Source of the DNA: a bacterium
Lineage (GTDB): Bacteria; Patescibacteriota; Minisyncoccia; Minisyncoccales; CG1-02-41-26
Assembly: GCA_030616605.1 (NCBI GenBank)
Contig: JAUWWY010000001.1
Location: forward strand, 68,251 to 132,250
Length of the DNA stretch: 64,000 nucleotides
Direction: 5' to 3'
The notes under the pieces are model-generated. The model saw nothing but the letters and a program-made list of their open reading frames with translations. It was not told the origin of the DNA and ran no database searches. Below are positions 19,016-28,008 of this stretch, piece by piece. The position numbers and the translations under genes are program-made. The stretch's first letter is position 1. Every line of letters starts with the position of its first letter.

Positions 19016-20092
19016 ATGCTTTTGACAATTTTAGTTATATTCTTAACTTTAATTATTCTCTTAGTTTTGCACGAACTTGGTCATTTTATATTAGCTAAAA
19101 AATTTGGAGTAAAAGTTGAAGAATTTGGAATTGGTTATCCACCCCGAATATTCGGCAAAAAATTTGGAGAAACAATATATTCAATAAACCTTTTGCCTTT
19201 TGGCGCTTTTGTCAAAATCACTGGAGAAGAAGGGGAAGTTGACGACCCCCGCAGTTTTTCCCAGAAACCTCTTCGGCAAAGAGCTTCAATAATTTTAGGA
19301 GGGGTTGTTTCTTTTTGGATAATCGCTTTTTTGATTTTCAGCTTAATTGCTGGCGTCTGGGGTTTACCCCATGCTGTGTCTGACGATTTTCAAGGAAAAG
19401 CTCAAGTTCAGATTATTGAAATTGCTAAAGATTCTCCAGCTGAACTTGCTGGAATAAAAGCTGGCGACAAAATAATAGAGCTCAAAGCTCAAAGCTCAAA
19501 GCTCAAAATTAATAAAGTAAAGGAAATTCAGGAGTTCACTAATATTTATAAAGGAAAGGAAATTGTTCTTACCCTAAAAAGAGCTGAGGAGTTTTTAGAT
19601 GTTTCTTTAATTCCTCGGGTTTCACCGCCAGAAGGAGAGGGAGCAATTGGGATTGGTTTAGCAAGGGTGGCAAAAATTAAATATCCCTGGTATCAGGCGC
19701 CTTACATCGGAGCGAGAGTTACCTTTCAGAAGACCTGGCAAATTCCGGTTGTTTTAGGAAATCTTTTTCAGAAATTTTTAAAAGGAGAAAAAGTTCAGGG
19801 AGTTGAATTAGTGGGACCGATTGGCATAGGAAAAATAATGGGTCAATCACTAAAACTTGGGATAGATAATTTTTTAATGGTTGTTGGACTGATTGCTGTT
19901 TGGTTAGCTTTATTTAATGCTTTACCAATTCCGGCTTTGGATGGTGGGAAATTTTTATTCTTAGTAATTGAAGGTATTAGAAAAAAACCGATTTCTCAAG
20001 AAATCGAGCAAAAGATTACTATTTCCTTTTTTCTTGTTTTAATTCTTTTAATGATTTTTGTTACAGTAAAGGATGTTATAAGGTTATTCTAA
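19016..20092 (+). CDS. rseP: Site-2 protease (M50, RseP-like) with PDZ domain
   Basis: LHELGH, EEFGIG.PP, SPA..AGIKAGD, FNALPIPALDGG. Confidence 0.93.
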   Translation: MLLTILVIFLTLIILLVLHELGHFILAKKFGVKVEEFGIGYPPRIFGKKFGETIYSINLLPFGAFVKITGEEGEVDDPRSFSQKPLRQRASIILGGVVSFWIIAFLIFSLIAGVWGLPHAVSDDFQGKAQVQIIEIAKDSPAELAGIKAGDKIIELKAQSSKLKINKVKEIQEFTNIYKGKEIVLTLKRAEEFLDVSLIPRVSPPEGEGAIGIGLARVAKIKYPWYQAPYIGARVTFQKTWQIPVVLGNLFQKFLKGEKVQGVELVGPIGIGKIMGQSLKLGIDNFLMVVGLIAVWLALFNALPIPALDGGKFLFLVIEGIRKKPISQEIEQKITISFFLVLILLMIFVTVKDVIRLF

Positions 20093-20096
20093 ACCC

Positions 20097-21353
20097 ATGA
20101 AACAATCTCAATTATTTACCAAAACAATTAAAGAAAAACCCAAGGGAGAAAAAAGTATTAATGCCATTTTGTTGCAGCGAGCTGGTTTTATTTACAAGGA
20201 AATGGCTGGGGTTTACAGTTTTTTGCCCTTGGGATTGCGGGTTTTAAGGAAAATTGAAAATATTATTAGAGAAGAGATGGAAAGCATTTCCGGCCAGGAA
20301 GTTTTTCTGAGTGTTTTACAGCCAAAAGAGCTTTGGCAGAAGACTGATAGATGGTCAAAAGGAATCGGTAAAAATGTTATGTACAAATGCAAAGGAAATG
20401 GAGAGATTGGTTTAGGTCCAACTCACGAAGAGATGCTTACTGATATTGTCAAAAATTATGTTAAATCTTATGAAGACTTGCCTTTGTATGTTTTTCAAAT
20501 TCAAACAAAATTCAGAAAAGAGCTCCGAGCAAGATCTGGTTTGCTTAGGGGAAAAGAATTTGGAATGAAAGACCTTTATAGTTTTCATACTTCAGAAAAA
20601 GATTTTAAAAATTATTATGAGAAAGTTAAAAAAGCTTATTTTAGAATTTTTAAACGATGCGGTTTAGAGGTAATTTTAACTGAGGCCTCAGGAGCAGGTT
20701 TTACCAAAGAATTTACTCACGAGTTTCAAGTTTTAGCTAAGGGTGGAGAAGATAGAATAATTTTTTGCCCCAAGCTTACTTCTCATTTCGCTCAAAATAA
20801 AGAAATTAGCAAATTTAAATCAGGAAATAAATGTCCAGTTTGTAAAAAAGTTTTAAAAGAAAGTAAATCAATTGAAGCTGCTAATATTTTTCCTTTGGGC
20901 ACCAAATACTCCGAAGCAATTGGGGCCTTTTTTCAAGATAAAGATGGTCAGAAAAAACCAATAGTTATGGGCTGTTATGGTCTTGGTATTTCTCGCTTAA
21001 TAGGAGCCCTGGTTGAAGTCTTTCATGATAAAAAAGGAATAATCTGGCCAGAAGAGATAGCTCCTTTCAGAGTTCATTTAATTCTTTTACCAGCAAAAAA
21101 AATTACTCCCCTAAAGAAGAAAGCTGAAAAAATATATTTTAATTTACAAAAAGCAGGAATTAATGTACTATATGATGATAGAAAAGATAAGTCAGCTGGA
21201 GAAAAATTAGTTGAAGCTGATTTAATTGGAATACCTTGGAGAATAATAGTTAGTGAAAAAACTCTTCAGAAAGATTCAATGGAAATTAAAAAAAGAGATA
21301 AAGAAAAAACAAAATTAGTGAAAATGAAAGAATTATGTTCAATAAACTTCTAA
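20097..21353 (+). CDS. proS: Proline--tRNA ligase (short form without editing insertion)
   Basis: LL.RAGFI..AGVYSFLPLG, LGPTHEE, QTKFR.E.R.RSGLLRGKEF.MKD.YSF, MGCYGLG. Confidence 0.95.
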   Translation: MKQSQLFTKTIKEKPKGEKSINAILLQRAGFIYKEMAGVYSFLPLGLRVLRKIENIIREEMESISGQEVFLSVLQPKELWQKTDRWSKGIGKNVMYKCKGNGEIGLGPTHEEMLTDIVKNYVKSYEDLPLYVFQIQTKFRKELRARSGLLRGKEFGMKDLYSFHTSEKDFKNYYEKVKKAYFRIFKRCGLEVILTEASGAGFTKEFTHEFQVLAKGGEDRIIFCPKLTSHFAQNKEISKFKSGNKCPVCKKVLKESKSIEAANIFPLGTKYSEAIGAFFQDKDGQKKPIVMGCYGLGISRLIGALVEVFHDKKGIIWPEEIAPFRVHLILLPAKKITPLKKKAEKIYFNLQKAGINVLYDDRKDKSAGEKLVEADLIGIPWRIIVSEKTLQKDSMEIKKRDKEKTKLVKMKELCSINF

Positions 21354-22387
21354 GTTATTTTAACGAAGATATTGCCATTGACCTTGGAACGGCCTATTCT
21401 TTGGTTTATATCCGGGGCAGGGGAATTGTTATTAATGAACCTTCGGTAGTTGCTATTAATGAAAAAACTGGTCAAGTTTTGGCAATTGGTGAAGAGGCAA
21501 AAAATATGGTTGGCAAAACCCCGGCTCACATTAAAGCCATTAAGCCTCTTCAAAGAGGAGTGGTTTCTGATTTTGAAATTGCCGAACAAATGCTAAAATA
21601 TTTCATTGATAGAGCACACCAGAAAAAATTTATTTCTCTGTTTTGGCCAAGAGTTATTATTGGTATTCCTTGTGGAGTTACCGAGGTTGAAAAAAAGGCT
21701 GTTGAGGATGCTGCAAAATCAGCTGGAGCAAGAGAAATATTTTTAATTGAAGAACCGATAGCTGCTGCCATTGGAGCTCGTTTGCCAATTCAGGAAGCAA
21801 AAGGAAACTTTATAATTGATGTTGGTGGGGGAACTTCAGAAATTGCCGTGATTTCTCTTGGTGGAATAGTTAGTTCAAAGAGTTTAAAAATTGCTGGTGA
21901 TCAGTTTAATCAAGATATAATCAATTATATGCAAGAAAATCATAAACTTTTAATCGGTGAAAGATCAGCTGAGGAAGTAAAAATTGCTATCGGTCAAGCT
22001 GTTTCTCAAGGGGAGAAAAAAGAAGCCTCCCTGAGGGGAAGGAATTTGGTAAAAGGCCTGCCAGAGGAAATTCAAGTTACTTCTGAAGATATTCGAAAGG
22101 CAATGGAAAAATCTTTAAATCAGATTGTTGAAGCGGTAAAAGTAACAATTGAAGAAACGCCGCCGGAACTTTTAGCTGATATAATGACCGATGGAATTCA
22201 TCTTGTTGGTGGTGGTTCTTTGCTGAGAGGCTTTGATAAATTGATTAGTCAGGCAACAGGTATGTCAGTGAAGATTATTGAAGATCCTCTAACAGCTGTG
22301 GTCAGGGGAGGGGGTATAGTTTTGGAAAACCTTGATGAACTAAAAGAAATCTTAGCAGAAAGCGATACAACAGAGATAATTCGCTAA
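21335..22387 (+). CDS. mreB: Rod shape-determining protein MreB, paralogue 2
   Basis: IAIDLGTA, NEPSVVA, IEEPIAAAIGA, IDVGGGTSE, GGGSLL. Confidence 0.95.
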   Translation: MFNKLLSYFNEDIAIDLGTAYSLVYIRGRGIVINEPSVVAINEKTGQVLAIGEEAKNMVGKTPAHIKAIKPLQRGVVSDFEIAEQMLKYFIDRAHQKKFISLFWPRVIIGIPCGVTEVEKKAVEDAAKSAGAREIFLIEEPIAAAIGARLPIQEAKGNFIIDVGGGTSEIAVISLGGIVSSKSLKIAGDQFNQDIINYMQENHKLLIGERSAEEVKIAIGQAVSQGEKKEASLRGRNLVKGLPEEIQVTSEDIRKAMEKSLNQIVEAVKVTIEETPPELLADIMTDGIHLVGGGSLLRGFDKLISQATGMSVKIIEDPLTAVVRGGGIVLENLDELKEILAESDTTEIIR

Positions 22388-22399
22388 CTAATAACTGAG

Positions 22400-22690
22400 A
22401 TGATAAAAAAAGAAGAAGTAAAACATATTGCTAAATTGGCCAGAATTTCTCTTAATCAGGAAGAAATAGAGCAAATGCAAAAAGAACTTTCTTCAATTTT
22501 GGATTACTTTAAATTATTAAATGAGTTGGATGTTTCTGAAGTTAACCCTGCTTTTTATTCGATTCCCCTGAAAAATGTAATAAGAGAAGATATAATTAAA
22601 GAAATAGATGAAGATGAAAGAGATAAAATGTTGGAGCAGGTTCCTTGGAGAGAAGAAAGATACATCAAAGTCAAAGAAATATTGAGGTAA
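22400..22690 (+). CDS. gatC: Asp/Glu-tRNA amidotransferase subunit C
   Basis: EEVKHIAKLARI..LSSILDYF..L.ELD; precedes gatA. Confidence 0.95.
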   Translation: MIKKEEVKHIAKLARISLNQEEIEQMQKELSSILDYFKLLNELDVSEVNPAFYSIPLKNVIREDIIKEIDEDERDKMLEQVPWREERYIKVKEILR

Positions 22691-22693
22691 CGC

Positions 22694-24130
22694 ATGAAGG
22701 TTGAAGATTTGACAATAAAAAATATCCATCAGGGATTGCTAAAAAAAGAATTTTCGGCAAGCGAAATAACCCAGGCTTATTTAGATAGAATAAAATCTCA
22801 AGATGAAAAAATTAATGCTTTTTTAAGAATATCTGAAGATTTAGCTTTAACTCAAGCTGAAAAAGTAGATCAATTGATTTCTGAGGGTAAAAGCATTTCT
22901 GTTTTGGCTGGTGTCCCAATGGCTATAAAAGATAATATTTTAGTGAAAGATTTAAAGTCCACTGCTGGTTCAAAAATTCTTGAAAATTATATAGCACCCT
23001 TTGATGCGACTTGCATTAAAAAATTAAAAAAAGCAGAAACTGTATTTTTGGGCAAAACAAATTTAGATGAGTTTGGTATGGGTGCCTCAACCGAAAATTC
23101 GGCTTTTAAGAAAACCTTTAACCCCCATGACTTAAGTAGAGTACCCGGTGGTTCTTCAGGTGGTTCAGCAGCAGCAGTGGCTAATAATGAATGTTGTTGT
23201 GCCTTAGGTTCTGATACCGGCGGTTCAGTTCGTCAACCTGCTTCTTTTTGTGGAGTGGTAGGATTAAGACCAACTTATGGAGCTGTTTCCCGTTATGGTT
23301 TAATTGCTTTTGCTTCCTCTCTGGACCAAATAGGACCAATAGCTAAAAATATTGAGGATGCTAAAATTATTTTTGATATTATAAAAGGAAAGGATGAAAA
23401 AGATTCAACAAGTGTGGAAACTCAGTCATTCAGTCATTCAGTCACTCAGTCACTCAGTGATTTAGTGATTGGAGTTCCAAAAGAATATTTTAAAGAAGGA
23501 ATTGATAAAGAGGTTAGAGAAGCAATAGAAAAAGTAATTAAAAAAGCAGAAAAACAAGGAGCAAAAATTGAAGAAGTTCCTTTGGCTCATACCAAATATG
23601 CCTTAGCTTGTTATTATCTTATTTCACCCTCTGAAGCCAGCGCTAATTTAGCCAGATACGATGGAATAAGATATGGAAAGTCAGAAATAGAAAACCCTGA
23701 AATTCAGAGTCTGATGGATGTTTATCTAAAAACAAGAGGAGAGGGATTTGGAGTTGAGGTTAAAAGAAGAATAATGTTGGGCACTTACGCTCTTTCAGCT
23801 GGATATTATGACGCTTATTATCTAAAAGCCCAAAAAGTAAGGACTTTGATTAAACAGGATTTTGAAGAAGCTTTTAAAAAAGTTGATGTTATTTTTACGC
23901 CGGTTTCTCCAACTTTACCTTTTAAAATCGGAGAAAGAAAAAAGGACCCTTTACAGATGTATCTTTCAGATGTTTTAACTGTTTCGGCTGGTTTAGCAGG
24001 AATTCCCGCTCTTTCATTACCTGTTGAAAAAGTTAAGGGTTTACCGATTGGTCTTCAAATTATTGGAAAACCCTTTCAAGAATCAGAAATTTTTAAAGTC
24101 GGACAATTCGTTGAAAAATTAGTTCACTAA
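22694..24130 (+). CDS. gatA: Asp/Glu-tRNA amidotransferase subunit A
   Basis: Amidase signature GKTNLDEF, PGGSSGGSAAA, GSDTGGSVRQPA; NLARYDG. Confidence 0.97.
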   Translation: MKVEDLTIKNIHQGLLKKEFSASEITQAYLDRIKSQDEKINAFLRISEDLALTQAEKVDQLISEGKSISVLAGVPMAIKDNILVKDLKSTAGSKILENYIAPFDATCIKKLKKAETVFLGKTNLDEFGMGASTENSAFKKTFNPHDLSRVPGGSSGGSAAAVANNECCCALGSDTGGSVRQPASFCGVVGLRPTYGAVSRYGLIAFASSLDQIGPIAKNIEDAKIIFDIIKGKDEKDSTSVETQSFSHSVTQSLSDLVIGVPKEYFKEGIDKEVREAIEKVIKKAEKQGAKIEEVPLAHTKYALACYYLISPSEASANLARYDGIRYGKSEIENPEIQSLMDVYLKTRGEGFGVEVKRRIMLGTYALSAGYYDAYYLKAQKVRTLIKQDFEEAFKKVDVIFTPVSPTLPFKIGERKKDPLQMYLSDVLTVSAGLAGIPALSLPVEKVKGLPIGLQIIGKPFQESEIFKVGQFVEKLVH

Positions 24131-24150
24131 AATAAACTTTTCATATTTTT

Positions 24151-24720
24151 ATGTATCAACCACCACCTTATTCTGAAGCAACCGGATTTACAAATCTTTG
24201 GCAGAATATTAAAGAAATCTTAGAATATTTAGTTTCTTCCCAACTCCACGAGAAGATTTTTGTTATAAAAATACTTTTTATTGTTATTTCTGTTCTTTTC
24301 ATTATTCTTATTATCTACTTTCTTGTAAAAACTGATTTTTTAAAATGGTGGTTTTTAAAATTCTTGAAAGATTTTCTTTTCCCGAAAATTGTTAGAAAAA
24401 AATGGATAGCTAGTAAATGGAAAAATGCTAAAAAGAATTTAGAAAAAGGAAAGATTGAATCCCAGTGGAAAGTTAGTGTTATAAAGGGTTTGAATATTTT
24501 TGAAGAAATTTTGAAAGAAATGGGTTATCCGGGCAAAAATTTGATGGAAAGAGTGACTAAATTGAATAAAGAAGATATTTCTAATTTTGATGAACTTTTA
24601 AAGATTGTTCAAACTTGCCAAGATTTTGTCAGGGACCCGGATTATAAATTGAGTAAAGAAGAAGCCCAAGATATTTTGGAAAATTTTGAAAAAACCTTAA
24701 TAGACCTTGAAGTTCTCTAA
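24151..24720 (+). CDS. Hypothetical single-pass membrane protein
   Basis: 189 aa ORF with one long hydrophobic segment, co-oriented after gatA. Confidence 0.7.
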   Translation: MYQPPPYSEATGFTNLWQNIKEILEYLVSSQLHEKIFVIKILFIVISVLFIILIIYFLVKTDFLKWWFLKFLKDFLFPKIVRKKWIASKWKNAKKNLEKGKIESQWKVSVIKGLNIFEEILKEMGYPGKNLMERVTKLNKEDISNFDELLKIVQTCQDFVRDPDYKLSKEEAQDILENFEKTLIDLEVL

Positions 24721-24759
24721 ACCCAGCACCACTTTTTAATAAAAGTGGTGCTGGGTAAA
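24718..24759. repeat. Short palindromic element, copy 2 (inverted), flanked by TAAA direct repeats
   Basis: TAAA-CCCAGCACCACTTT-TTAATA-AAAGTGGTGCTGGG-TAAA. Confidence 0.85.
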
Positions 24760-24806
24760 CCTTGATTTCTTTTCTGATTTTAGATAGAATAAGAGATTAG
24801 AATTGA

Positions 24807-24877
24807 CGCGGGGTGGAGAAGTAGTATCTTATCAGGCTCATAACCTGAAGACCCGGGTGCAATTCCCGGCCCCGCAA
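24807..24877 (+). tRNA. Initiator tRNA-fMet (CAT)
   Basis: Cloverleaf; C1:A72 mismatch, acceptor GCGGGG/CCCCGC, anticodon arm TCAGG-CTCATAA-CCTGA; no encoded CCA. Confidence 0.9.
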
Positions 24878-24918
24878 ATAAAGCTCTTACTTTCTTTTTT
24901 GAAAGTGAAAAGGGTAAT

Positions 24919-24990
24919 GCCGGTGTAGCTTAGTGGTTGAAGTGGGGCTCTCATAAGGCCTAGATGAAGGTTCGATTCCTTCCACCGGCA
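24919..24990 (+). tRNA. tRNA with CAT anticodon (elongator Met, or Ile2)
   Basis: GCCGGTG/CACCGGC acceptor, GGGCT-CTCATAA-GGCCT anticodon arm, GGTTCGATTCC T-arm. Confidence 0.85.
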
Positions 24991-24994
24991 TAAT

Positions 24995-25072
24995 GCAGCC
25001 GTAGCTTAGCTGGCTTAAAGCGCCTTCCTGTCACGAAGGAGATCGTGGGTTCAAATCCCATCGGCTGCGCCA
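24995..25072 (+). tRNA. tRNA-Asp (GTC)
   Basis: GCAGCCG/CGGCTGC acceptor, CCTTC-CTGTCAC-GAAGG, discriminator G, encoded CCA. Confidence 0.93.
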
Positions 25073-25111
25073 AACAAAAAAGTCAAATTCTAGAATTTGA
25101 CTTTTTTGTTT
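25072..25111 (+). terminator. Long palindrome/terminator after the tRNA cluster, overlapping the pyrD -35
   Basis: AAACAAAAAAGTCAAATTC-TA-GAATTTGACTTTTTTGTTT. Confidence 0.7.
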
Positions 25112-25128
25112 GTTTCTGTTAAAAAGAA
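25097..25128 (+). promoter_or_regulatory. Putative promoter upstream of pyrD, duplicated upstream of pyrB
   Basis: TTGACTTTTTTGTTTGTTTCTGTTAAAAAGAA; 30/32 identical to 26892-26923. Confidence 0.6.
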
Positions 25129-25157
25129 AGAGAATTAAAAGGAGGTGTTCTTTAAAA

Positions 25158-26081
25158 ATGAATACAAAAATAGATCTCTCAGTAAATATTGCTGGCATTA
25201 AGATGCAAAATCCAGTAATGCCGGCTTCAGGAACTTTCGGTTATGGAGAAGAATACTCAAAGCTTCTTGACATCTCAAAGCTTGGAGCAGTGGTGACAAA
25301 AACAACTACCAGAGAACCTCGTGAGGGAAATCCTCAACCCAGGCTTTTGGAAGTACCAGGAGGATTGATTAACTCAATTGGTTTAGCAAACCCCGGCATA
25401 GAAGAGGTAATTACCAAGAAACTACCTTTTTTGGGAGGGTTTGGCGTTCCAGTGATTGTTAGTATTGGTGGGGAGACAATGAAAGATTACCAATACTTAA
25501 CAGAACGACTTAGCGAGGTAGAAGAAATAGTTGGCTTAGAAATAAACATTTCTTGTCCCAATGTTGAGAAGGGTGGTATGGCTTTTGGGCAAGATCCTGA
25601 AGTTGCAGGGAGATTGATAGGAAAAATAAGAGAAGTGAGTCGTTTACCTCTTATAGTAAAACTTACTCCCAATGTGACCGACATTGCTGTGATTGCTCAA
25701 GCAGCTGTAGAAGCTGGAGCTGATGCTGTTTCCTTGATTAACACGCTGAAAGCGAAAGCCAAAATCCGTTCTCGTCTCCACAAAGGAAAATGGATTATTG
25801 GTGGACTTTCGGGTCCCTGTATCAAACCCATTGCTTTAGAGAAAATCTCGGAAATAAAGGAGGCTGGAGTAAAAATTCCCCTTGTTGGTATGGGGGGAAT
25901 TATGACTGTGGAAGATGCTCTGGAGTTTTTTGAGGCTGGAGTTCAAGCTGTGGCTATTGGCACGGCGACCTTCCGTAACCCCCGGACCATGGAAGAGGTG
26001 ATTGAGGGGTTAGAAAAGTATCTCAAAGCCCAAAAACTCTTCAGCATAACTGAACTACAAGAAAAATCAAAAAGGAGGTAA
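25158..26081 (+). CDS. pyrD: Dihydroorotate dehydrogenase family 1B catalytic subunit
   Basis: NPVMPASGTFGYG, GNPQPR, NSIGLANPG, EINISCPNV, VKLTPNV, GGLSG; SD AGGAGG before ATG 25158. Confidence 0.95.
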   Translation: MNTKIDLSVNIAGIKMQNPVMPASGTFGYGEEYSKLLDISKLGAVVTKTTTREPREGNPQPRLLEVPGGLINSIGLANPGIEEVITKKLPFLGGFGVPVIVSIGGETMKDYQYLTERLSEVEEIVGLEINISCPNVEKGGMAFGQDPEVAGRLIGKIREVSRLPLIVKLTPNVTDIAVIAQAAVEAGADAVSLINTLKAKAKIRSRLHKGKWIIGGLSGPCIKPIALEKISEIKEAGVKIPLVGMGGIMTVEDALEFFEAGVQAVAIGTATFRNPRTMEEVIEGLEKYLKAQKLFSITELQEKSKRR

Positions 26082-26087
26082 AGAGAA

Positions 26088-26813
26088 ATGGAGACACAAG
26101 GAAGAATTTGGGTAGCTTTAGATACCCAAAAGGAAAAGGCCTTGGAGATTGCCGAGAGGGTGGCAAAATTAACCGCTGTTGGTGGTTTCAAGGTCAATCG
26201 TTTGATTGACCAGGAGGTCTTTCGGAGAGATGGGGAAAAGCGGCTTTTTAGAGAATTGGCCCAATATAAGAAACCGATTTGGGCTGATACTAAGTTTATT
26301 GATATTCCTCGCACCGTAGCCGCCCGAACAGAGCCATATGTCCTTTCCGGTATGGTTCAGTACATTACTGTTATGGCTAAAGGCGGCATTCCAATGATGC
26401 GAGATGCTGTTAAAGCTGCTGGTCAGGCAATCGACGTGATAGCAGTTACCGAGCTGACTTCTTTGACTGAAGAGGAAGTCCATTTGCTCTCCGGTCTACC
26501 AAGCAAAGCATCGGTAATTAATTTGGCACGTTCAGCTGTTTTGGCTGGTGTTAAATATCTGGTTTGTTCTGGCCAAGAACTTCCGGTGCTTAAAAAACAC
26601 CCAGAGTTAGAACCCCTAAGGATGTTTGTGCCAGCGATTCGACCGGAATGGTCGCAGGTAGATACACCAGACCAGAAACGTGTGATGACGCCTGTAGAGG
26701 CCCTCCGGCTCGGCGCCAAAATGGTAGTAATTGGAAGTCCAATTGTTAAAGCCGAGAACCCGGTTGATGCAGTTAAAAAAACTGCTGAAGAAATAGTCTT
26801 AGCCAAAGACTAA
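26088..26813 (+). CDS. pyrF: Orotidine-5'-phosphate decarboxylase
   Basis: VALD, DTKFIDIPRT (DxKxxDIxxT), VTELTS, PAIR, DQKRVMTP. Confidence 0.9.
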   Translation: METQGRIWVALDTQKEKALEIAERVAKLTAVGGFKVNRLIDQEVFRRDGEKRLFRELAQYKKPIWADTKFIDIPRTVAARTEPYVLSGMVQYITVMAKGGIPMMRDAVKAAGQAIDVIAVTELTSLTEEEVHLLSGLPSKASVINLARSAVLAGVKYLVCSGQELPVLKKHPELEPLRMFVPAIRPEWSQVDTPDQKRVMTPVEALRLGAKMVVIGSPIVKAENPVDAVKKTAEEIVLAKD

Positions 26814-26824
26814 ATCAAAAAAGC

Positions 26825-26860
26825 AACAGCCCGCTGGAATGAATTCAGTGGGCTGTTTTC
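26825..26860 (+). terminator. Intrinsic terminator after pyrF
   Basis: AACAGCCCGCTGGA-ATGAA-TTCAGTGGGCTGTT-TT. Confidence 0.7.
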
Positions 26861-26891
26861 ATTTTTTGACTTTTCTTTTTTATACCTCTAC

Positions 26892-26923
26892 TTGACTTTT
26901 TTGTTTGGCTCTGTTAAAAAGAA
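26892..26923 (+). promoter_or_regulatory. Putative promoter upstream of pyrB (copy of the pyrD promoter)
   Basis: TTGACTTTTTTGTTTGGCTCTGTTAAAAAGAA. Confidence 0.6.
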
Positions 26924-26961
26924 GAGGATCTTTAAAAAAATAATAACAAGAGAGGTAAAAA

Positions 26962-27891
26962 ATGAAACTTCATCATGTCATCCAAGCCCAGCAATTTACT
27001 CAAGAAATTCTGGCAGAATTATTTAGGCAGGCAGACAGGATAGAAAGATTGGTAAGAAATGGAAAGAAAATCAATGTTTTAAAAGGAAAAGGAATGATCA
27101 GTTTTTTCTACGAAGAATCAACCAGAACCAGAGCTTCTTTTGAAGTAGCAATGAGGAAATTAGGGGGTGAGGTGATATTCTCTACTGAGAATGCTGGAGA
27201 ATTCTCTTCGGCAGCTAAAGGCGAAACCCTGGAGGATACCATTCGAGTTATTGATAGTTATTTCCCAGACATTATTGTCTTGCGTCATTTTGAAAGTGGT
27301 TCTGCAGCTCGAGCAGCTGAGATTTCTCAGGCTTCGATAATTAATGCCGGCGATGGTGCAGGACAACATCCAACTCAAGCTCTATTGGATTTGTACACCA
27401 TTAAAAAGGAAATTCATCACATTGATGGTATTTCAATAGCCATGGTTGGAGATTTAGCCAATGGGAGAACAGTCCGCTCGTTATCTTATTTGCTCAGTAA
27501 GTTTTCTGACATTAAAATCTTCTTTATAGCCCCTGAAATTGTGAAAATGAAAGAAGATATAAAAGAGCATTTAAGAGAGCATAATATCTGGTTTTCAGAA
27601 GAGACTGATTTGAAAGAAGTGGCTTCCCAAGTGGATGTTATTTATCAAACCAGAATTCAAAAAGAGCGTTTTGGAGATAGGATAGAGGACTATGAGGAAG
27701 CTCGGGGTATTTATGTTATTGATGAAGAAATTTTGAGATTAATGAAAAGGGATGCTATTGTGATGCACCCCTTACCCCGGCTTGATGAAATAACACTAGA
27801 AGTTGACAAAGATCCTCGGGCTGCTTATTTCCGACAGGCTCAAAACGGCTTATTTATCAGGATGGCTCTGCTGAAAATAATTTTAACCTGA
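26962..27891 (+). CDS. pyrB: Aspartate carbamoyltransferase catalytic subunit
   Basis: FYEESTRTRASFE, KGETLEDT, NAGDG.GQHPTQALLD, YQTRIQKER, MHPLPR. Confidence 0.97.
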   Translation: MKLHHVIQAQQFTQEILAELFRQADRIERLVRNGKKINVLKGKGMISFFYEESTRTRASFEVAMRKLGGEVIFSTENAGEFSSAAKGETLEDTIRVIDSYFPDIIVLRHFESGSAARAAEISQASIINAGDGAGQHPTQALLDLYTIKKEIHHIDGISIAMVGDLANGRTVRSLSYLLSKFSDIKIFFIAPEIVKMKEDIKEHLREHNIWFSEETDLKEVASQVDVIYQTRIQKERFGDRIEDYEEARGIYVIDEEILRLMKRDAIVMHPLPRLDEITLEVDKDPRAAYFRQAQNGLFIRMALLKIILT

Positions 27892-27911
27892 AAGGAGGTT
27901 TCATAAAAGCT

Positions 27912-27946
27912 TGCTGGCTAATTATTCAGCAGGCTTTTTTTATTGA
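27912..27946 (+). terminator. Terminator hairpin; left direct repeat of the phosphotransferase island
   Basis: TGCTGGCTAATTATTCAGCAGGCTTTTTTTATTGA; near-identical copy at 35851-35883. Confidence 0.75.
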
Positions 27947-28008
27947 TTTTAGACCAGGAAAAAATTATAATTGTAGTGAGAATATTAAATAAAAAAGATT
28001 AGTAAAAT

